From the NCBI GenBank assembly GCA_000934665.2, contig KZ538286.1:62001-87069 (forward strand): 25,069 bases of DNA, in the 5' to 3' direction. The stretch is from Catajapyx aquilonaris. Its lineage: Eukaryota. Made by a program: the position numbers and the translations under genes. Of this stretch, positions 10,492 to 19,842 are shown in pieces. Positions within the stretch are counted from its first letter, which is position 1. The number at the start of each line of letters is the position of its first letter. The notes below the pieces were generated by a model. It was not told where the DNA came from and did no database searches. It saw only the letters and a program-made list of their open reading frames with translations.

Positions 10492-13400
10492 GCCCTTTTG
10501 TCTCAAACATCACTTGAACTTCAACGTGCCCTTCATGGAAAAGCACAACTACAACACATCTCCGTGCTGCTGCCAACCAACTGGAACCTCACACACTGTG
10601 GAGGCGGACGTCGCCTCACAACATCCACCTATCATAACTTCCGGGATGCTGACATACACATTGAAAGAGATCACATAGTGCACGGAGCAACCCCTTGGAC
10701 CCTGCAATACGGAGGATGCACTTCTCCTGGGAAATACATCTACTTGCCAACCTCCTTCCTGATGTCTGCAACACCTTACCAACCAGATCTGGCTGTCAGA
10801 GGTATTTATAAATTTGGATCCTGAGAAGCAACAATATTTACACCGATTTTTTATAGCTCGTCTTCTGGTGCGGGAGTGGGCAAAGTATCGATATGGTGTC
10901 TTTGACGAGATGGGCTTTGAGGGCGACCTCTTGTATCCAGCTCAATATCCCGAGGGCTCTGATGTAAGATTTACCAACTGTCATGACCCATCGAGCAACA
11001 TATCTGACAACGTGTAAGTATTCAAGCCGCTAAGTTAATTTTAAAAAGCATGTCTAAAATTTGAGCAGTGCAATAATTTTGCTTCCTTTTGCATACAGGA
11101 TCTGTTCAGAATCAGAAGATTGCAATGAGCCTCATGGAGAGACATCAAAGGCTGCCAACAGGTCACTCATGTCAAGCCCATTATCAGCTAAGGTATGAGA
11201 GCAGAAAGGAAAATGATTAATCTCCTGGTCCTGAAAAAAACGTAACAATATTAATACTTTACAGATAACAGATTTCTGTGACAATGCGACTCATGTGGTG
11301 GCTGCACCAACAAAGCACAACTTTTTGTGCGATGGAAAGAGTGTGTGGGAAGTGATTTCACAGCATCCTGACTTCACACAAAAGTATGACATTTACCAAC
11401 AGTTCACTTGCGTCATTGCTTTGCTTGGACGTGGTGCCAATTTTGTGCTCTCGCCATTTCAGACCTGTGAGACTAGAGAGACCACTTCCTCGAAGCCTTT
11501 TCCAAATAAAAACTGCCACTGGTCCAACACCTGAAATTGACTTTGTCGTGCCAAAGATTAACCGCTACATATTACTTTTGGATGGATCAAAAGAAATGGG
11601 ACTGCACGTGAGTATTTTGTTAATTACTAGCAAACTCTTTAAATTGTAAGCCTCTTCTCAACATAAATTCTGTGATATTTTTTCAGTCAAGATGGACTTA
11701 CCTCAGCAGAGCCTTGTTTCAATTTATCCACCTGCTGCCGAGTAGTAGCGAGTTGGCGATTGTGACGTACACCAACCAGTCCGTGGCTAATCTTCCACTG
11801 ACAACAGTCACAGCCTACAACCGAGATGGTTTATATGGTGGCGTACCCCCACGGCCCTTTATGGAAGATGGAGGCTGCTTGTCCTGCGCTTTTCAATCTG
11901 CAAAGGAGGTAAGAAAAAGAAAAGATGCGTTAGACAAATATTTTCCAAGATGTAAAAGTGTAAGCTTTAAATCAAATTTCCATTATTTCAGTTGGTGAAA
12001 GAAAATGCTGAAGCCCTTTCTTCAGCAAGCATAATTCTAGTCACAGGATCTCCTCAAGAACCCAAAGATTTTGACAAACTGATCAAGACTGTACGAGATC
12101 AAGCACTGAAAGTCAACATAATTGCCTTCTCCCCATCCACATTTCCCGACATTCAAAAACTGTCAATGTACGGCAGTTTTTACATCATGCAAGAACCTGA
12201 CCCCAAGCCATTCACGGCACAGATGTATTTGGCTGGAATATTTAGGGAAATAATCAGAGCTGACAGAGCAGTGGAAGCATACAAAGTGAGTGCAAATTTC
12301 CAAGTTTCCAGAATTGCTTATTGAAATGACGTAAAAATAATTTTTGTACATTTTCGAATTGCAGATCCTTCATGAAGAGCACTATCCAAATGCAAAGTCG
12401 CAATCTGAAGGTGTATTTGTCATGGAAGACAGCCTGGGAAAGAACACCTGGGTGACTGTCCACTCGCAAGATGTTGGTGACGTGAAAGGATTACAGCTAA
12501 CCAGCCCTTCTGGAAAGTTATTTGACTTGTCATCCAGAAGTGAAGGACTTGTATTCCATCGCATACCTGGAGTCAGTGAGGTGAGTCTCTAATTAATGCT
12601 GCTAGGTAAAAGCAAATGGCAAAGAATGGTACTAATATTCTGCTCATATTCTACAATCTTGCAGCCTGGAGTGTGGACATACACTATCAAATTCTACCAA
12701 GCAGCAAAACTGTCGAAGCCTGTCGTAATTGAAGCAATCACAGAAATACGGGACTCTGATGCTATAACTGTGAGAGCATGGTCTGAAGTCCAACCTTTAA
12801 AACTGAACAAATTTTACGACCAAGTGGCAGTGTATGCCGAGGTCCTCCAAGGGCAATATCCTGTCCTGAATGCAACTGTTGTTGCCGTAATTCAAGCGCA
12901 AGATGATCAGGCACAACATAAGCATGAAATCATACGTCTCTTTGACAATGGCAACACAGGTGATTATATTGAAATTTCCTCTTCTAATAATATTCCAACA
13001 AAATTTGATGCACAACACTGACTTTAATTCGAATGGATTCCCTGTGAACTTATTTGTTTTTTCAACATTTCACAGGCCCTGACCTCACCGCTGGAGATGG
13101 AATCTATTCAGCCTATTTCACATTCCTTATGCCAAAAGCCAGTTACTACACAGTTCTTATCCATGCATCAGACAGCCGGGGAAAGACAATTGTTCCCATA
13201 CTGAATAATGATGGATCAGAATCACAAGGTCAGTAAAATATCTCGCTGGGCTCACATGGGCAACGGACTGTTCAGCATATATAATTTTCATCTGATGTTG
13301 CAGATCTTGGACCGTGCTGTGGAAGTGAAGTTCCTTACAAGGCTACCATTCCCACAAGCCCATTTGGAAGATTTGTTGTGGCACCTAGTTTTTATGTCCA

Positions 13401-15231
13401 GCACGGAGTACCAGCAGGAGAAGATCCGTATCCTCCCAATCGAGTAACGGACCTAATAGTCGAGAAAGTTAATGAAGACCAGAATGAAGTAATATTGAGT
13501 TGGACAGCTCCAGGTGGTGACTTCAATATTGGAAAAGGTAATCACACAAGCTACAATTTCCTGCAAAAACTAATTGATTATTACTATTAATCCACATATC
13601 GCAACACTCTAAACTTATTCAAGACAAGATGGAGGAATATTATGTAACTTTTTAACTTGGTTTTACTTAGTAAATGCAATTTTTAAATATTATGATTTCA
13701 TGCATAAAATTTCAGTTTGGATTTTATGTCACTAGTACGTCACACCTACATTGTTTTGTTGATGTCAAAATGAAGTACGTAAAGTTAATCTCTAATGTAT
13801 CTTTCTCATAAAGCTTCAAGATACGAGATGAGGTGCCACACAACACGAGAAGGCCTAACAGATGCCAACTTCCAGACGCAGGGAATTCCTGTTCATTTCA
13901 CCTTGCTTCCCCTGCCCAAGCAGTCGGGGACTAGGCAGAATTGCACGGTTGGAGTTCCTTGGCCAAATGAACTGTTTTTCTATGCGATCATTGCCATTGA
14001 TGATGTTTCCAACAAGGGCAAGGTATCAAATCTTGCTACGACAATAGTGAGGAAGCTGCCACCAACTACCATCAATTCCAAAAACCAAGACCTCGGAGCC
14101 TCAGATGTGTCCCAATTGTCAACTGATGCAGATGCCGGGGGAAATTCTTCTGGCATTATGGAACTCGGCAAGGTCTGGTTTAAGGGTTTTTCAGAGACAG
14201 AAGTGTACGCCATCACTGGAGGAGCTGCGGGTTTCTTCCTCCTCATTATAACCCTCATCCTAGTGTTAGTGTTTGTGCAACGAGCGAGAAATTCAAAGAA
14301 AAATACTCCTCCTTGCCCAATATACGAGATTCATGTGAACAATGCTTACATACAAGAAGACGACAAGCAGATCAAGATCATCGGCTCAAATGGAAAAGTT
14401 CTACCACGTGGAGGACACAGTTCTTGTTGTGTTTCGTTCTGGTCTTGCTGCAAAAGTGACTCTATGTCTGATGATGTCAAAAGTTCAGACGTGACAACAC
14501 AGCGGTCAGAATCATACACTCCAAACATTACAGTTGCCAGTGACCACAGTGAGAACTCGTCTAGCGCCCCACCTGCTTCAATTGTGGCTACATCACCATA
14601 CAGGCAGAAAATGCTCACCAATGGAAGCATCATGCGAGAAGGCAACAGTGTGGGCGATATCTCCGCAGCAGGTCTGAAGTCACCTCAGCCAGAGGCAGAA
14701 CACATGCAACACTACGGCGCTGCCATTGCCCATGGCGGCAGATACACCCCTTCAAGCAACGTTGCAGCGTATCTGGGAGATACATATGGCTCGGGGTTTG
14801 ACAGCCACAATACAAGCTGCATGAGCATCACAACTCATCGACTGGCATCAGACGAGAGAAATGACAGCCGCTATGGGCACCGTGGTAATGTGTCATTCAA
14901 CCCAGAAACTTGCGACAATATGAACGCAAGTTACGCCAAACTTCCTGAGCTGCAGAAGCGATTTTACAGAAACGCTGGTGAGACCAGCAATGGACTTTCA
15001 GATCAGCTGGGTGTTGGAGCCAAAGTTACTAATTCTGTCGATTACGACGATGATGGCGGGTTCAAGAATTCCCACAGGGCATCATTCTGTCGTTCCCCCC
15101 CACCCCATTTTTCTGGCTTTAAGGAGCCTCCTCCCTACAGCCTGGCTACAGGCAACATGTCCAGTTCAGGTTATGGCTCCAACAGTTCAATTCATTTTGT
15201 GAAGAAAAAACGTCACATATCATTTGTGTAA
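10492..15231 (+). CDS. CLCA: CLCA-family (calcium-activated chloride channel regulator-like) type I membrane protein, 5'-partial. Exons: 10492-10801, 10857-11013, 11099-11192, 11265-11383, 11463-11607, 11687-11908, 11992-12285, 12365-12580, 12665-12959, 13076-13228, 13304-13537, 13814-15231 (1218 aa traced)
   Basis: All 11 introns are GT-AG with consistent phases (3657 nt total). CLCA hallmarks in order: ISVLLPTNW, PWTLQYGGCTSPGKYIYL, LVREWAKYRYGVFDE, DFCD...APTKHNFLCDGKSVWEVISQHPDF, VWA start RYILLLDGS, PGVWTY, AVYAEVLQGQYPVLNATV, LFDNGNTGPDLTAGDGIYSAYFT, FN3-like DPYPPNRVTDL...LSWTAPGGDF, then a hydrophobic TM segment at ~14209-14277. The signal-peptide exon was not located. Confidence 0.92.
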
Positions 15232-15292
15232 GTTGGAACTTGAACATATTGTAATGAGGCATTAAGTTTTTTTAATACATGTAAGGTATGTA

Positions 15293-15298
15293 AATAAA
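15293..15298 (+). promoter_or_regulatory. Candidate polyadenylation signal of the CLCA-like gene
   Basis: AATAAA ~60 nt after the stop codon at 15231. Confidence 0.4.
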
Positions 15299-16102
15299 GC
15301 TAGTTGTGCATGGACCCTTTTTTACAAAAAGATACGGCTTTAATTTCATTGCTTTTTTTTCCTATCAAGAGGAACAGGAATGCATTACTCAGCCTACACA
15401 AACAAAAAGTCAGCAGTAATGTTACTGTTTGAAGCCGGGCAATGGGCATATGCTATGCAATTTTCAATTACAGGTCTTTAACAGTGTGCAAAATATTTTC
15501 TTGCCATAAATTTGCCATCAAGAAGCCTACAACATCTAGCGAATTTTACTCTGGTGTATACTCAAGCAGAGCACTTATTATTAATAAGGGGAAGAGATGG
15601 AACACTGGATGCCATAATGTGCCCTGGATATCCACATCTTTACAAGTACAGCGTTAACTCGAACTTCGAGCTTAAGAGGAAACCCAGTCCGCAGCAGCCA
15701 AAAGTAGTGGTATCAGTTGACATTTTATTTCATGTCATTGTGCGCTTGCTAATTACAGTCTAAGCCACCAGCTGCACGTGAACCAAGTCCGGCCAAGTCA
15801 TCTCACTTAGCTTATAGCCTCGAAGAAAGGCTTCGCACCCACCACGATCTCACGACTTTGTACGGCGGAGTGGACAAGGCTTGGCGCCCAGACACAATCT
15901 CACAGGTTTTTTCGGCAGACTACTTGGCGCGTTTTTTACGAGTGTGTTTTGATGGGGTTAGTTCTACGAGGCCATTCGAACTCTGAATAATTGTTCAAAG
16001 TCTGAATCAACTTTCCCCATTAGAAAGAATGGAAAGTGAATTAATCTGTTATCAGACCCTAAGCAATACCCATTTCAATAAACTTAAAACAGCAAATACA
16101 CA

Positions 16103-16197
16103 TACCGTATTTACGCGCATATAAGACGATTTTTGTAGCTCAAAAAGTAGGGTGCGTCTTATACGTGTGTGCGTCTTATACGGCAGGGCACAACGGG
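16103..16197. mobile_element. Short degenerate pogo/Tc2-type MITE remnant
   Basis: Starts TA-CCGTATTTACGCGCATATAAGACG and contains two copies of GTGCGTCTTATACG (16152-16165, 16169-16182) complementary to the TATAAGACG core. This resembles TACCGTA-terminated pogo/Tc2-like MITEs. The right terminus is decayed. Confidence 0.5.
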
Positions 16198-16996
16198 TGA
16201 AACCCGTGAGAAATCGTCCACACGCGTGCACAATTCCGGTGTGACCTTGCCACCTATACCTTTCAGATGCGTAGCATTGTCCCATTTTCAGTCCCATCGC
16301 TCAGTGATATCCGTCGCAGCAACATCACTGATAAATCGCTGGCATGTAAATGCGGCTTTAAGCAGGTATGGTACAGGACGGTATGAGAAAGAGAAGCAAA
16401 ATTAAGACACTCCCTAATCAAAATAAGGATGATGATTATGATGATTAATTAGTCCTGGGCAGGGCTTGAACCGGCTTCAGCCTCCCTACCACAGCCCGAG
16501 CACATGCCTTTGTTTGGGGCGGTTGCACACACTCCATTGGACTCCATTCTCACCTAATGCGGGCCTGCTGGGTATGGGGCGTGTGAGGGGCAGCCACGGT
16601 GTCCAAGCAGCACCGAGGGCAGGATCACACCAAGGGCCAGACCAGGGGCGGAACCACCGAGCCGACTTCGAAAGAAGAAACCCAGGCGGAAGGCGACCTT
16701 CACTTGTTTCGTTCCACCGCATGGGTTGTCCCATTGGGTTGTCCAGACTCCCGCTGGAGGCGACACTTCTCCGCATCAAGCAAAAATGACTCAGCCACTC
16801 CTGCCATCTACCGAGACATTCACAAATCTATACGATTTGCGCGCTTATTCAAACTCACTAATTTTAATGTCACTCAATTTTTTTATTCGTTCTAACACTT
16901 AGTTGAAATTGATAAGTCCCAATTGCAGTTCGGACTATTATATTACATACCATCAATATTACATTAAATATATTATACAATAAGTAAAGTTATTAC

Positions 16997-17002
16997 TTTA
17001 TT
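16997..17002 (-). promoter_or_regulatory. Candidate polyadenylation signal of SANBR
   Basis: AATAAA on the - strand ~100 nt after the stop codon at 17101, in an AT-rich tract. Confidence 0.4.
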
Positions 17003-17100
17003 ATTTAATTTTTAACAACAATTATTATTGCAGACACGCAGACAGCACTCTAATGAATATGGCGTTAGAATGACCAACAGCAGACACATAGATTCGTGGG

Positions 17101-19518
17101 TTACGATGAACTAAAATTGGGAGGGATGTTATTTCCGGCAGTGCTGACTGGATTTGTGACAGTTTCCAACCGCCTGGCCCTTTCTAGCTGTGGGAAGACA
17201 CCGCAGGAAGGTATGGACGGATGGTACGTGGTCCGCATCACCAGTTGCTCCAGACGACGTCGACTCAGCATCAACGCCACTCCTTTCATGGCCCGCTCCT
17301 CATGTTGGCGCTGCCTGTCCTGATTTATCCGCGTGGTCTGATTAACTTCCCATCGACCGCTCTCGGATCTGACAAGTTCAGAAAAAGACGTTAAATACTT
17401 AAATCGCCATGGTTATACCCTCGGTTCAACGTACTTGTGGTATGGCTGTACAGGACCATGCATCTCCATTTGTGCCTCTTTCCAAGTGCGCATTCCTGCC
17501 CGGCCAGTCTTGGCCGCTCTCTTCCTATGCTTCTGCTCTTCTTCCTCTTCATCCTCACCTTCTGCTTCGTCCTCATCGTCGTCTTCCTCACAGCTGACGG
17601 TCGTTGTCAGTGTCGGCAACGAGGCACTTCTCTCTCGACAGCTCTCAGACCGTTCCGTTCCTTCCACTGTAAGAACAGTGCTGTACTGCATTGTAGTGTC
17701 CATCACATGGTCAGTACCTGTCCCTTCCAATTTATCTGCAGATTGGTCGCCTTCCCAAGAGTGCATCAAGAGTCCAGCAGGCAGTGGTAGTGGTGCGATC
17801 TCCAGGCTGCCCCAGGAGCAAACTGGCATTTCCTTGGGTGGTGCAACGCACACCAGTCCTGCCATTCGCTGCAGGATGTCCCAAATGCCCTTGTCCTGTT
17901 CTGTCGCAAGTGTGGGCACATGCTCTCTGAAGCTGCATCCGCCCATGGGAAGCACCCTGTCGAGGCTGTGGAACAAGAAGGACCTCTCACCGCAGCATGT
18001 GTACACCCCTTCGCCTGTACCCCCCGAGGCCACCAGTATCCCTTGAGGATGGTACCGGCACCAGCCCAATTCCGAGCACCCGAAGGTTTGCCTGCAGTTG
18101 GCGCATGTCAGCGAGTGTGCTTGTCCCCAGAGGCGCCAGTACGTGGCTCTCCAGCTGCCCAGTTGGCGCCGAAGAGCCAGGACATGGAGGCTGAGGTCCC
18201 AGTGTTTGTCCTTCTGGTGCCAGCTCAATGGCCAGCCGTGGGTGTCTAGCTGCATGTGGTCTGGACGGCATGGGACACCGCCTGAGGATCCGGCTTGGAG
18301 GAGCCGTCCGCAGTGGGTGCATTGGAACAGGGAGGACAATGAGGAGTAATGACCACGGTGGGTCTGAGGATTTGTTTGAGCCAACTGGCGAACCAGATGG
18401 GAGTACAACCGTCCTTGGATCCTCAACGCCGGACCTTCGCGAGAACCGAGGCCCTCCACTTCTTCGGGCAGGAACAGCTCTGTCATCTGCCCCAGGAGGT
18501 CGTCTCCAAGGCGCATCAGGCCTCCGGGACTGGTCCAGATTACCTCCATTCGATGGTCGTGGACGAACTTCATGCACTCTTGCACCAGCGAGTCCATCTG
18601 CAGGAAGGTGGCAGACACCAGGAGCGGCAGGACTCCAGTCACGGCTGGAAATGACAGTTGTCATTAATTTGGTATCAACTTTCAGTGAGCCTCACTTACA
18701 GAATTGGGGTCTGCTAGGATCACTTCTGGGCCGCAACATCCACTGCATGAGCCATTCAAACACATGAATATCACAGTGCACAGAAATGTCCACATCCTCC
18801 AGGGGCTGGCCTGTGTCCACATGACAATTATCATTCAGGACAAAACTGGAGTATGTGGACAACTCACCTCCAGAGACAATGGTGAAGTACTTCATGTGCG
18901 ACAACAGGAGACCTTGAGGGCACCTAAAGTCCTGCCGCATTCCACGTCCTTCGTCGCATACGTGGATGACCACCTCTTGTCCTTCATTCCGCTGCTGGCC
19001 ATCACCTGCTGTAGCCTTTCCAGGTATCCGTCCTGGTTCTTCCTTACGCTTCCTAGCATTGGAATTGGACCCAATAGTGGTTGTATCGACGGCAGTGGCC
19101 AGATGAGGCAGAAGAGAATCCAGGAGACCTTCCTGGCTCAGTTGGGCCAAACGAGGAAGGGCATGGCGCTGAAGGAACTCCTAAAGCCACATTTGGAAAA
19201 TAATGTTTCACACTAACATATGGCCGAAACTTTTTTTTGACATACATGCACATTGATGACACCTCCACCAGCTGAGGTCAGCAGCTGTAACCATGGCTGC
19301 CAGTCCACCTGGGGAGGCTTGGCTCCTGTCTGGAAATAAATGCAACACTTGGTGTGCATGTACATTCACTTACCCTATACGCTGCCTAGGCTTACCCTAT
19401 ACGCTGCCTGAAGTCGATATGACAGTAGGAGCAGGTTGAACATCTGCTCCACGGACAGCTTCGAGGTGTTGTTGGACTGCTTGAACTTTGACACGGTATC
19501 ACTGGATGCTCTACTCAT
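17101..19518 (-). CDS. SANBR: SANT and BTB domain regulator of class-switch recombination homologue (KIAA1841/DUF3342). Exons: 19518-19396, 19329-19246, 19180-18868, 18810-18700, 18644-17435, 17368-17101 (~702 aa)
   Basis: Family motifs: VVIHVCDEGRGMRQDFRCPQGLLLSHMKYF, EDVDISVHCDIHVFEWLMQW, LLVSATFLQMDSLVQECMKF, SWRATYWRLWG...LTCANCRQTF...WCRYHP, G-x-Y-x-CC, an acidic tract, and C-terminal WEVNQTTRINQDRQRQHEERAM. Five GT-AG introns of 55-66 nt give a continuous 2109-nt frame. Confidence 0.92.
19369..19409. repeat. 19-bp direct repeat (22-nt period) duplicating the first coding-region 5' splice site of SANBR
   Basis: CTTACCCTATACGCTGCCT occurs at 19369-19387 and 19391-19409, separated by AGG. 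Confidence 0.9.
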
Positions 19519-19842
19519 GTCTGAATGATGTGGATGGCTCTGCAGTGGGAGCTAGGTAACGATTTTTCCTGCATCAAAATCATGACGCCATTTGTTTATG
19601 TCGAGCATTGATTTTTGGTCGCAGGACGTATTTTACCAATTCATTAATTTTTCACTTGTTTATATGCACCATACGTGTCGAAACAATGCAACAATCGTCT
19701 GGTGGCAACACTGGTCACCAAGGAAACGGCTGTTGACATTCTTCGTCAGTCTTTCAAAATTCACCGTCGCCTCCAAATTTTTTGTCTCGAAATTTCCATA
19801 GTTTTGTCATCTTCCCGGAGAAATTTTTTCACCAAGTACGCA
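19519..19842. promoter_or_regulatory. Probable bidirectional promoter/5'UTR region between SANBR and the coiled-coil gene
   Basis: Only 324 bp separate the divergent predicted start codons (19518 -, 19843 +). Inferred from gene geometry, not from promoter motifs. Confidence 0.55.

Noticed and set aside
16460..16500. GGGAGGCTGA on the minus strand resembling the SRP RNA Alu domain
   Set aside because: Only 10 nt, at the wrong end of the GC-rich block, with no SRP helix-8 signature.
17435..18767. Long antisense and alternative-frame ORFs (203, 225 and 179 aa) over SANBR
   Set aside because: Shadow frames of a GC-rich exon; the poly-Ser run is the complement of the acidic tract.
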